From Tubulanus polymorphus (lineage: Eukaryota; Animalia; Nemertea), in NCBI RefSeq assembly GCF_964204645.1, contig NC_134028.1, positions 14,267,653-14,331,652 on the forward strand: DNA of 64,000 nt. The letters are read 5' to 3'. Of the stretch, positions 1-11,845 are shown piece by piece (positions within the stretch are counted from its first letter, which is position 1; every line of letters begins with the position of its first letter). Below the pieces are notes generated by a model. The model did not search any database and was not told the origin of the DNA. It was given only the letters and a program-made list of their open reading frames with translations. The translations under genes and the position numbers were made by a program.

Positions 1-19
1 TCTAAATAATACAACTGGG

Positions 20-610
20 CAAAAGCGCGCATTCATGCGCGCTTTTGAACAATGCGCATGCGCTAATCCTAATTATATATTCATTATGTAAATTCTGTAA
101 AATAGGAACAACCGAACACAGAAAATATCAAAACGTGTTCGCATTAGGCAAAACCGCGCATTCGTGCGCGCTTTTGATCAATGCGCATGCGCTAATCATA
201 ATTATATATTCATTATGTAAATTCTGTAAAATAGAAACAACCGACATGAAATATCTAAACGTGTTCGCATTAGGCAAACCGCGCATTCACGCTCGCTTTT
301 GATCAATGCGCATGCGTTAATCATAATTATATATTCATTATGTAAATTCTGTAAAATAGAAACAACCGACATGAAATATCTAAACGTGTTCGCATTAGGC
401 AAACCGCGCATTCATGCGCGCTTTTGATCAATGCGCATGCGCTAATCATAATTATATATTCATTATGTAAATTCTGTAAAATAGAAACAACCGACATGAA
501 ATATCTAGACGTGTTCGCATTAGGCAAACCGCGCATTCATGCGCGCTTTTGATCAATGCGCATGCGCTAATCCTAATTATATATTCATTCTGAATAGAAA
601 CGACCGAACA
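20..610. repeat. ~125-bp tandem repeat (~4.5 units), Polinton subterminal array
   Basis: Unit ...aatgcgcatgcgctaatcataattatatattcattatgtaaattctgtaaaatagaaac... recurs at ~50, 180, 305, 430, 555; related units at 21408-21815. Confidence 0.9.
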
Positions 611-1480
611 TAAAATTTCACCAATCAGATTTACACAATACATTATACAAGTTGTTCGGCCGTTTCTTCCAATACATCATTTGATTTCTATAAATACAAT
701 TTATAATTACAAACATTTTTTTCAATTGCTGGTAAATATTTAACTACATCAACAAATGTTAAACTTAATCATTGGAGTCTTAATGTTTTTTAAATTCTTA
801 TATAGTTTCTTCGTCGATCTTTTGGCGATTCTTGTCTTTCTTGTGCTAATTTCTATTGGTTCGATATCCATTGCTGTTGATTCCTCAGTCAGAAAGAGTA
901 TCTTGAGTTTCTCTATCACTTCTTGATGCGTATGGCGTTTTATTAATCTAAAAGATATTAGCGGCAACTCTAGCCATCTAAAAGATATACTAAATACACT
1001 TAAATATATCTAAAGGTTTCATATTTAATAGCCCTAATAATTACAAAAAACAGTACTTACATTTAGATTTAGAATTGTAAACTATAAACTCCTAATTTCA
1101 TTTCGAGAGATAGAATATCCTGAGCGTAATGTTACAGCGCCTGTTCATTTCTTGCCACGTCATCTGGTTCCGGTTCTAGAGTGTTCTACACGTTTGCAAT
1201 ATTATGACTCATATGTCTCGGCGTCATAGTAACAGCTGTAACAGCTGTGAATTTATAGATTTATTCAATAGTTCATTACATGAAATGTATATAGGCTCAA
1301 ATAGAATCATGTTCTAGTATAAACAGCTATGCATTATTTCAATCACACTTTACTAACACTTTTAATGTTTAAAAATCTAACTCACACAAATATGAATATT
1401 GAAATAATGTTGTAAATATATACTTTTATATTGAATAATCTGTCAATTTAAATGTTATTCATTTACATGAATATTTTAAG

Positions 1481-1890
1481 AGTAATAGGGGTTATGGGCT
1501 TTCAGGTTAAAGGTTGAATGGTCGAGTTCATTAAAAACAAATATTAAAAGTAATTTAAAACTACAATATATTTTCATAACCGTGTGTATTTCAGTTGAAT
1601 AATAGAATAATTATTATTATTAAAATATATTTGATTATATGAATTTGTGTATTGTAAATAAATCAATTGGTCGCGGAGCGGAGCGGTAGTGAAGTGGAGC
1701 GACCAATTGATTTAATACAATATGGTTTTTAAATTTAAATTATTGATATCTTAGAATAAATATTTAGTTATAATATAAAATACACACGGTTATGAAAATA
1801 TATTATAGTTTTAAATTACTTTTAATGTTTTTTTTTTTAATGAGCTCGACCCTTCGACCTTTGCACTGAAAGCCCATTACCCCTATTACT
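1481..1890. repeat. 410-bp imperfect terminal palindrome of Polinton end
   Basis: agtaataggggttatgggctttcag... pairs with ...ctgaaagcccattacccctattact; centre aatcaattggtcgc/gcgaccaattgatt. Confidence 0.9.
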
Positions 1891-2679
1891 TACGTTAACA
1901 CGACTGATTACTAATCCAAATATTGCATTACAAAAAAACAATTACGCAAAACGTCAAGTACTTACAGCATCTGAGACAGTTGCGCTTCAGTTAGAGTGTT
2001 AAGTTACGTCTTTGGCTGTCGATGTCGAAAAAGCCTAATTTGAAACATACATTTGCGACCGTAGTGACCAGTTCATTCCACGAATAATAGCTGCAAAGAA
2101 AGTAATCAAAATAAATTGTCATGCACATTCAGTGTAAACCAGGCCATAACTAGCTGCTATTAAGGCATTCCACTGAATGGCTCTCCCCATTATATTTAGG
2201 GCCTTAATCTAAATTCTAGGCGCATCCCCCAAAGAAGCTAGGCATTAAGTAAGTAGCCAACAATGATCATTGCTTCACCGAGTAGGCCTACTCATTTGCT
2301 ACCATACTCATATTATTAAAGAAATCATTTAATACATTCCCTGGTTAATGGATTCTCACCTTATAATACATAATAGTCAACTGAACGCGGAAGTAAAATT
2401 CCGTGTGAAAATTCCTACAATTTCTGTCCATATCACGTTGATTTGAGCCAGAAATCTTCAGGAAATGTAGCCAACGTAAATTGATTTACGAATAGAATTA
2501 ATCAATTGATTCATTTTAGAAATCATGGTTTCGTAAAATTCATTAAAGTCCTAAAAGTCGCGATAGATTTAAGCCGAAAACGATTTCAACCATCCACCAT
2601 GTTTGTTTCATAAATAAAACAATTGTTGCGCGCCGGCGCTGTACTGTGATATGTGTCCTGCCTGAATGCATGGTTTCAC

Positions 2680-2746
2680 TAGGATTCGAACCCTCAACCT
2701 CTCAGTTATGAGTCACACCTTACACCTTATCCACCCTGCCACAGGA
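2680..2746 (-). other. tRNA-derived (SINE-head-like) fragment
   Basis: Reverse strand has A-box-like TGGCAGGGTGG and B-box GGTTCGAATCC; no intact cloverleaf. Confidence 0.45.
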
Positions 2747-2959
2747 CAGAACGCATCTTTTACCATTAGTGGGAGTACGCGACACGGCGAGCGGCCATTG
2801 CTACTTTCATCCGGTGTTATCTTACAGTAAGTAATTTTAAGTTTAAAATAGGATGGAGAGTGCATAGATAGAATCAACGCGGAGAGAATGAGTGTTATAT
2901 TACTATCAGAATTCTACATTTCGATGAGAAGCTGTTAGTTGTCGAATCTGATAGAAGAT

Positions 2960-3058
2960 GAATTTTATGTGCGGAAATAAGAAGTGGAAAATATGTAAAT
3001 AATAATAATAATCAACAGAATTACAAGAGGGTTTTCGACGAAAGTCAGAAAACCCTAA
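2960..3058 (-). mobile_element. Helentron-associated (HINE-like) element, 5' end only
   Basis: Reverse strand ttagggttttctgactttcgtcgaaaaccct followed by (TAT)n; same architecture as the 3802 element; other end not located. Confidence 0.5.
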
Positions 3059-3471
3059 TAACTGTTCCACCTAAAATCCAAATTATTTCATATTTCTTCT
3101 GTTCACTACTTGGGGTATAATAATCTGATAATTTAGGTTTGTATAGATGTAATTTTTCTTTATTTGTTACTGCGTTATATAAACTCATAGCTTCATCAAC
3201 TGGTTGAAATCTCTGTGTGTAATTTTCTGATCATATAATTCTTTGTTAATATAATCCATATAGTTTTGCCTCTTTTCTCTTTATTTATTCTTCTGCAGCT
3301 TTATTATATTTTTCTAATGCTAAGTTATGTCTTCTTTGTTCTCCTAATGAACTATTTTTATCAATATGCTTAAATAGATATCCCCGCCAGTAAATGCTTA
3401 AGCGTTAACAATTGCTGATCCTATAATAGTTATAATTGCAGATGCCATTATTTAGTAAAAAAATTATGCAT

Positions 3472-3693
3472 TTATATAAGAGGAATATATTTTAGTTTTT
3501 CCAAATAATCAATAGTTAAATTAGATAAAGTAACTGCTAATGTTAATTTTAAAATATCATTGATATCAAATCTATCAACATTAACACTTCCCATTTTAAA
3601 TACTTTTTTTAATGCCATTGTATAACCAACAGTTCCAACTGGTAGTAAGGCACCATTATATAATCCATTTATTATCCACTTATTATCACTCAT
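3472..3693 (-). CDS. Polinton small hydrophobic protein (73 aa), intact in copy D
   Basis: Homologue of frameshifted copy A 32151-32371; TAAATG start. Confidence 0.6.
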   Translation of the reverse strand: MSDNKWIINGLYNGALLPVGTVGYTMALKKVFKMGSVNVDRFDINDILKLTLAVTLSNLTIDYLEKLKYIPLI

Positions 3694-4728
3694 TTATTAA
3701 TCAAAACAATTACCATCTTCAAAATATTTAGTTAACTTAGTTATAACTATTTCAACATTTATTTCATTACTTCTTTTATGATTATCATATATTTTGGATA
3801 ATTAGGGTTTTCTGTTGCTTCACAGAAAACCCTATTGAAATTTGCGTGATTATTATTTTTTTCCCTTTTCCACATAGTTTTTGTTAAAAGTGTAAAGGCT
3901 TCCTTACCTTACCGCTGTCGCCGATACAATCCGTATGATATCCTTCAGCTCACTTCAATCTCCAGATACTTCATGGGAATTTTGATAAATCCATGTTATA
4001 AAGGCACTGTCGAGCCGTAAACATCGGAAATTTGGCCCTGTTCAATTAGTAGCCATGTTGTGATTTCTTTCCGAAATTTCTCTCTTCTTTATGAGGAAGA
4101 GCTATCGAATTATTCCCTCTCTTCTCCACAATAAATTTCAAAGTCAATTTTATGAATTTATTGCTGAGCGGGTCCGAGTCCAAGAGTTTACGAGTCCGGC
4201 GTTCGCGTATCTGACAGGTTTACGGGCATTTGTTTGTTACCACTTTAATATTTTTGATTTCTTGTTATTCCGGTTATTTCATTTAAGTATATTGCTGATC
4301 AGTTCATGTAACCAAAAGCGTCAATAAACAGATTTTGAATTGATCAAGTTTAAATCAAGGTCGTTGAGTCACAGAGGGCTACTAGAATTACGTTCGTCTC
4401 AGAGAGAGAGAAAACAAACGACAGAAAAGTATCAGGTGATTATCGATAGCCTACTACGGTACACACAGTTACAAACAGTTAGGCCTGTGCCGGTTGGTGC
4501 GTACTGGGAATAAATATACTGGTTGGTCAGTTGGTTCGGTTGTGAAGTGTGGAAGCTAAGAAAGCCTACCGCAGTACGGGTATTTATTTGTCTATAGGCC
4601 TATTATATAGTAGCCAATACCAGTAAGTACGTAGTTGTTACTCGTACGTGACTGTATGGTGATCTCCACAGGTTAACCGTACGTGAGTTCCCTACTAACG
4701 CCGTACGTGAGTTCCTCTAAAGCCAATA

Positions 4729-4945
4729 CGGTAAAAGTGCAGCTCCGCACCTCTCCGCGTAAACGGTTCAATCAATCACGTTAAATATCATTGTTTCAGA
4801 TTCAAAATGTCATCAGCAATTCAATACGTTGCCATTGGTTAATTTTAAGATATCTTCACTAGAGAGAGTAGAACGATTTTAGCCAGGATTCTGTCATTCA
4901 GCAGATTGCGTCAATCACGAGAGGTGCGGATCTGCACTTTTACCG
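4729..4945. mobile_element. 217-bp MITE with CGGT termini
   Basis: 27-bp TIR cggtaaaagtgcag(c/a)tccgcacctctc, one mismatch; TSD unclear. Confidence 0.7.
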
Positions 4946-4962
4946 CCAATTACCATTTTTCA

Positions 4963-5301
4963 AGTACGAAGTTGTTACCCGTACGTGCCAGTGACTGTAC
5001 GGTGATATCCACAGGTTAACCGTACGTGAGTTCCCTAAAAAGGCCGTAAGTGAGTTCCTATAATCTGCAAACGTGCAGGCGTGAAAGAATAGAGTTTGGG
5101 TTAGGTGAGGCTAGGCTATTTGTAAATCAAATTTCATCCACCCTGCAGTTACGTTCTGTGGCACAGTGGGTAAATCACTGGACTGCAACTGGATTTTTTT
5201 TTCGTTTGGTTTCGAATCCCAATATTGAAAGTCTGAGCGTCAACGTACTCACATACGGCTAACCTGTAGAAATCACCGTACAGTCACGTACAGGTATCAA
5301 C
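4963..5301. repeat. Foldback/MITE-like repeat with tRNA-like core; one arm duplicated at 4625-4715
   Basis: gtgactgtacggtgatatccacaggttaaccgtacgtgag inverted at ~5247-5287; A/B-box-like segment 5155-5220. Confidence 0.5.
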
Positions 5302-5515
5302 AGTGTTTTAAGTACCGGGTATTAAGTGAGTACGACAAGCCTACCGTGCCTATGTACTACAAACACAACTTTTTCCCTCTCGTCGGCGGTCATCCTCCTA
5401 CAATGATGTTACTATAACTGGTGCAATTATAACATGGATATGATTTGGCCAGGACTAGCCTAAAGTCTAATTCAGTCTATGTACTAATTCACTCGATAGG
5501 CCTATTTTTAAAACA

Positions 5516-5676
5516 GGAATATTCATTTATTACGTACGCATAAAATTTGATTATTTCAACCCCCCTCCCTCTGTACGCAAAATCTGCCATTTTTTCATGT
5601 ACATTAAGCATTACAGTACGTAATTGCCCTGACCCCTCCCCCTCCCCTAATGCGTACGTAATAAATGAATGATCCC
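5516..5676. mobile_element. Short MITE
   Basis: TIR attcatttattacgtacgca / tgcgtacgtaataaatgaat. Confidence 0.65.
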
Positions 5677-6503
5677 ACAATACAGTGAAGTATTCACACG
5701 CAGAAAGGCTAATTGATTTGAGCCATGCGATTAAATTTGGCCAGGCCTTCTCTGACCTGCTGACATTAATAGTCAATGTGGTCACGGCTTGTATACCAGA
5801 AATCATTGTAGGCCTGTACATTTTGCTGTTCGTAGGTTTGGTATACCGATTTCTCCATTCTTGACTGATAAGTGTACGGTAGAGCTGTACGCATTATACA
5901 ATTGTTCCAATTGGAATAGGGCCTATTGATTGGGCTTATTATTTCCTGCTTTAGAATACTGAAATAAACCTAATGTTCATTCAAATATCCAACATCGGTG
6001 AAAGTTTGATTACTGTATACATGTACTGTAGGTTTTCATGTTGTATGAATATTTTGCAGTTCAAATGGGTATGATGCTGATTCCAATGTCAAACGCATGA
6101 AGTTAGATGGTCAAGGACCGTCAACACCAAGATATCTCTCTTCGACCGATGTTGTACCATAGAAGATCTGATTCTTTTAACTCAAGGAATGTGATTCAAC
6201 ACGATCGACATAACACTGGAATAGGTTTGCAGTAACTAACGGTTCATTTCATTTAGTCCTATGTACTTTTTAGCCAATTTGGATTTGATTGTAATTGAAA
6301 CTCTGGAACTGGTAACAAAAGACAAGTTGAAAAAACACAAGTTATGCTTGATTCTCATGTTCAAATTTAATTCAAATTTATTTTATTACATCATATTTAC
6401 AAAGCATATCATTGGTTCATACAGTAATAAAAATTAGGGCAGAACAAATATTATTACAGAAACTCCAAAAAGGCAATGAATTTCTATAACTAAATGAACA
6501 TTA

Positions 6504-7040
6504 TTTTTAGCCCACTTATTGCGTTCACTTTTCGTCCGTTGTCCATCCGTCATCAGAAATCAGTTATTTTAGGAAGTTTTGAAGACGCTTCAATGTAATG
6601 TCTTGATATTTGGGTTACACATGTATCTACCCTAGACACATCTTCAGCCCAAAAACTGGCTGTCAGAATCAAGATGGCCGACTGGCAGCCATTGTTATTC
6701 GCCAAAATCAACACTTTTTACACATTTTTGAACTTTTTGAGGGAAATTTTGAAGATGCTTTGATCAATTACCATGATCTTTCGGATATATGTGAATGCCC
6801 CCTGGGCCCATCAGCATAACAAAAATTGGGATACGGACTCAAGATGGCCGTCCTATGACCTTTTTTAGTGTCCAAAAATGTCAATTTTGGCCCGAATTCT
6901 GAGTTTGCCATTTCTCATTGCAGTTTGTGATGGGTATTCTTTGAAAAGGGATGTTTTATACCTTTGATACCTGAATTGTTAGATTGTTGAGCATTTGGAA
7001 CCACTTCCCAAGTGGGCATGGTGTCCCTGGACCCCTAGTT
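6504..7040 (+). mobile_element. Helentron-associated (HINE-like) element
   Basis: Starts tttttagcccact, cgtc/catc microsatellite-like tract, ends agtgggc..gtccctggac..ctagtt (subterminal IR plus 3' stem-loop). Confidence 0.65.
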
Positions 7041-7558
7041 CTAATAACTCAGATCAAGAGTGACTCTCCCGTTTATTAGGAAACACACGCAACTTGTGGA
7101 ATAGGTTTGATTTACACACATGTTGCAGGTATCAATTGTTTATCACTATAGAATTTGTAATCCATAAAAGCCAAATCAACATCAGCCGGAAACCCAGACC
7201 AAATCAATTCATAATTTATTGATTGAATCTACACTACAATATATGTATTTATTCAAATATTTCAATAAAAACATTAACTTCTTAAATCTATTCTAAATCA
7301 TAATACGTTCTTATCTGTGAATTCGATCAATCTATCGGCTCAGCATGTGCTTAAGATGAGTTCTTAATAGGACAGATCCATTTTTAAGGATGGTGATAAT
7401 ACAGTATCATGATGTTTGAATGCCAAAATAAATGCCTGGTCAAATATATTAATATTTGTGATTGTACGTCCGCGTATGTTCTGTTTCAAAGCTGAATCAT
7501 ATTTGACGTTTACACAGTGGTTGCATATTAGGTTCGAATCTGTCAATGCTTTTTATTC

Positions 7559-10202
7559 CGGTTCCTGAAAAAAAGCTGAAACACTGAAACGCTGAATCGC
7601 TGAAATAAAAACGCTGAAATTTCAGGGAATTTCCGAAAAACGCCGAAATTTCAGGGAATTCCCGAAAAACGCTGAAATCGTGCTAGGTACCGACAATACA
7701 CGTTTTGAAATAATTTCCGGGCCGGTATCCGCTGCCGAGTCCTGAACCGTCTTTTAGTCTCCACCTTCGGTTACAGAGACATGCATGGGCAGTATGTGTG
7801 GAGTATACTTCTAGAGGGCCACTTGTTGAACAAATTAATTCGCTTGAAATCCGGATTTTTAATACAGGCAGCATGATGAGGAAAACCCATTCACAAACCG
7901 TGCAAGCCAACTTAAACACTATGCTCAATATTCCAAGAATATGGTTTACTTCTATCGTTCATGTTTAAAACAGGATTATAAGCAACTTTTCTTTTGTCAA
8001 CACGTTGATGGGCGACGGACTATGGTATTCTCTGAAGGAGGTAAATTAAATTTGACAGCTAGTTATATAAATGATGCAGCTTTTGGACAAAAGGGATCTA
8101 ACTAAATTTCTTTTTAATTCACCGTGGAATGGAATGGATTGACGCCAATGACATGCAGTAGGCCCCTACTTATAGGTCATACTAATTAGCGTCAACCAAT
8201 TAATCTAAATCGGGCAAACCATTCAACAACTGTAATTTATTTGCTGTGTTGTGATAATAATAGGTTTTTTTTTTTTTAAATGACATACCAACTGTTAGAA
8301 AAATGTACCGATTCTTATTTTTAGACTACTACGGTATCTATAAAAGTTAAAGTCATAGATAAAGTTGATTTGCTCAGCTGGACACACTTCTTGTCAAGTA
8401 CATCATCTCAAGTATTGGGTGTTTTGTAAGTTTGATTTCAGTATTTATTTACTAAGTGCTGTTCCCTCGGACCTCAGTGCTTTCAAACTAGGCCCACCCC
8501 ATAGGCTATATCTCCAGAGTGTGTTAGCCACTATTCTTTTATTTCCTACTTAAAATGCACATTTTTTCTATTTTTAGACTCGGGCTAAGAATGTGCAAAT
8601 TTGAGATACTGAGAAATCAGATGGCACTAGTTAACTTGAACTGCGAAATTTGCAGCAGGATAGCTGAACGACACAACTTTTAAAAACAAAATGGCTATTC
8701 GAATGCTATTTCAGTAATAACTTGATTCAACCAGAGAGAAATAAGTCAATTGGGGATGTACAGTACACCCACTTTACTTCCCCGTTTTCCTGGTACCAAA
8801 TTTTTTATCTTAAGCTAAGCAATATTCTAAGGTATGCTAGTGAATTTCATTAGAATATAAAGCAATGGAACCAGAATTCAAGCCCGAGTTAAGCGAACTA
8901 TTGATTCTGATATAATGTAAGAACTGATTTCTTTTGTGTATTCTTGTAGAATGTGTTAAGTATTATTTTAAGCTGTTAAATAATATATTTAGACAAACGT
9001 CAAATTATTGGATCTTTCTTGTTGACTCGTTTAATTTTGTGAGTTTAGAGTTCCAGTCAATCCACAATGTGCAGTGCCTAGCCTTCATCTAGTACTAAAG
9101 CCAAGCCTGTGTATGGGAAAACGTTGTTCGACTCTCATAAGCCAGACAAATAAAAACTTGCAATACATTGCAGATAGTAGTCTCCAGCAAGTAGACAGAG
9201 AAAGTAAACCAGGTTTTACCCCGTACCCTACCCGGCATCTTCACCTGTCAAGGGATTCGAACCCACTACACTAAAGCTGTTCTCCGAACCGCTTGACCTC
9301 GAGTCGTTACTAGCCGACCAGAATCAGGTCGGGCCAATCACAGCGCTTGTTACAAACGACATTTGGCATCTATGGAATTTCCCGGTAAATGGACCAATCA
9401 GCGAACACGTAGCGAAAACGGAAGTATTGTCGCGTGTTGATATATGACGTCATTCGCTAAAACGCCGGTAATGAAATCGCGCGTCGTGAGGCCAGGGGGC
9501 AGGTGGAAGCGAGTTTGGGAGCGATACTGGTCTCCTGGCAAGCGAGGATGCCTACCCGGGAACGAAAGACACTCCAAGACTCCTTCCTTGAAGAGATTGT
9601 AGAAATATGGAACCCAATCGTAGTAATGCTAAGTACAGTATACTATGACGGTTGAACCTTTATTCACACCAAAATAGAATCAAAGTAGTCATAAGTTCCA
9701 TGATAGCACTTAATTTGGGTTATCAGGTTCAGCCTTACTAGCTGTACTTTCATTCAGCTACTACTTTTGTATGAGACTTGGCAATGATAAGTTGGAAGAA
9801 ATCACCAAATATAAGAAAAAATATTGAGAATTAATATTACTGTAATTAAGAATTTATTCAAATGAAGTGATAATTTCATTGTTAGATCGTACCGGTATAT
9901 GCATAAAACAAAAAACACATCTAACAATCCACGCAATCGATCAAGTCGAACATGACGACGACCTCAAGGCATGTCTCTGTAACCGAAGGTAGAGTCTAAA
10001 AGACGGTTCAGGACTCGGCAGCGGACACCGGCCCGGAAAGAATTTCAAAACGTGTATTGTCGGTACCTAGCACGATTTCAGCGTTTTTCGGGAATTCCCT
10101 GAAATTTCGGCGTTTTTCGGAAATTCCCTGAAATTTCAGCGTTTTTATTTCAGCGTTTCAGCTTTTCAGTGTTTCAGCTTTTTCAGCGAAGTTCAGGAAC
10201 CG
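7559..10202. mobile_element. Non-autonomous DNA transposon, Mutator-like
   Basis: ~225-bp TIRs with internal ctgaaa repeats, CGGT..ACCG ends, 9-bp TSD TTTTTATTC (7550-7558 / 10203-10211). Confidence 0.85.
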
Positions 10203-10546
10203 TTTTTATTCTATGTATCGATATTTCAATTTACTACAATTCCCATCATTCTAAATGGCTTTACAGAAAACCCGTCATCGCTGCTTTGCAGCTATATTTA
10301 ATTTTTAATATCATCGATAATTCCATCTTCTTTTAATTCATAATATTCTAAAGATGTTTTAATTAAATCAATTACTTTTTCTATATTATAATTTTCTTTA
10401 TTAATCATTGATGCATTGATGATTGCAATGATTTACATTTTTATATCAGAAATTTAGTTTAATCCTCATTTCTTTACCATGTTTAAAATAAAACCCAAAA
10501 CATATACTCGGCCCCACAGTTTTATTCATTTATATAGTGAAAAAAT

Positions 10547-11303
10547 TACTCTTTACATCATATAACTAATTCATAAATTACAGGAAAGTTATTCAAATCA
10601 ATTAAATATCCATTATGATTTCTTACTTCTAATTTGAAATTATTAAATCGTGAAATACAAGGCTTAAAATCACATTCTGTTAAATTATAATTTATTCGCA
10701 TTCCAAATTTTTTAACATTCTTCAATGGTAAAATATTTAATATACTAGAATTACAAGTTATATCTTTAGTTGCTTCGAATGTCTTTGTAGGATCAATTAA
10801 ATTGCAATAAGTATAAAAATGCGTGTAAGTTATTATGTTTGGTGTAGCATCAATATTTGTAAAAGATCTATCTGGAGGAATTCCTAACAGTTTAGCTATA
10901 GGTTTTTTTACCGTAAATTTATGTTTTTCACTATTAGACAACCTTATCTTTATTCTATCAGAACTCTCACTTTTTAAAATCTAATACTAAACCCGGAATT
11001 ACTACCTAACTTGTGCCTGGCTTTTCTATTAATTTCTTGCGATAATGTATCTAAATTATATAACCCCAGTTTTAAATATATATAGGGCCATTCATCTTTA
11101 TCTTTATTAAAAATTAAATAGGCTCTATGTTCAATAGATTTACCCGATATATTATAAAAAGAATTACATAAACTTACATTTACTCATTTTAAATCAACAC
11201 AATTTTTAAATTCTCTATCTAATTGTACTAGTAAATTATGTGATTTATAATTTGTAAGTCTTCTTGAATCAACAAATATTCTATATTCTTTTAATTCTAC
11301 CAT
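10547..11303 (-). pseudogene. Polinton minor capsid (penton) pseudogene, copy D
   Basis: Homologous to 32748-33503; frameshifted. Confidence 0.75.
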
Positions 11304-11845
11304 TTATTTTACATATTTAATTCGAAATCTATTTCATGGCGTCCTTTTTCATTCTTACCCTTATATATAAATTAGAAATCACCAGAACATAATTCTTCTA
11401 AATCATCTCTTGATAATCTATGAAATCTATCTGGTAAATATGTTCTGAATTTATATTTATTTCCTTTCAATCCTTCATATTCTAAGTGAATAACTAATTT
11501 ATCCCCATATTTGTTAGTACTGTATCCATATTAGTAATTAAATATTTCATATGAATTGTTGGTTCATTTAACTTCTTAAATTTATAATCAACTGATTTGA
11601 CATTTGTAGTATCTTTAATTCTGTTTAAGAATTCGCTGTGTATTTGTTTGCTCTCCATTTTAATAACATATTTTTTTATTATAATTGATTTTAGAAGTTA
11701 TTCATATTCATATATATTAATATTCATAATATTATAAGAGTAATAGGGAATAAGTTGTTCTAGATTAAAGGTTGAGAGGGCGAGTGAGTAAAGAATGCAA
11801 AATAAATTCGAGTGTACGAGAATTTTTTTTTCATTTTTTACTACT

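Larger units (their letters stand above)
1..1890 (-). mobile_element. Polinton copy C, left-end fragment (continues off the window start)
   Basis: 1-1325 is a diverged reverse complement of copy A 20685-21833; ends at ...CCCTATTACT (1890), the family AGTAAT terminus. Confidence 0.85.
3802..10299 (+). mobile_element. Helentron-associated non-autonomous element (HINE-like) with nested insertions
   Basis: 5' tt-agggttttctg..cagaaaaccct hairpin; 3' subterminal agaaaaccc plus gctgc-ttt-gcagc stem-loop then tatattt; the interrupted Polinton gene rejoins across it. Confidence 0.65.
3059..11845 (+). mobile_element. Polinton copy D, right-arm fragment lacking polB, split by the 3802-10299 insertion
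   Basis: 3059-3801 and 10300-11690 are homologous to copy A 31740-33905; joined directly to the terminal region AGTAATAGGG at 11739. Confidence 0.85.

Noticed and set aside
20-610. CRISPR-like periodicity and short ORFs
   Set aside because: Whole units repeat with no unique spacers, no cas genes, eukaryotic context
5155-5220. tRNA-Cys-like gene (also 2680-2746)
   Set aside because: A/B boxes only; stems do not close, so treated as repeat-derived
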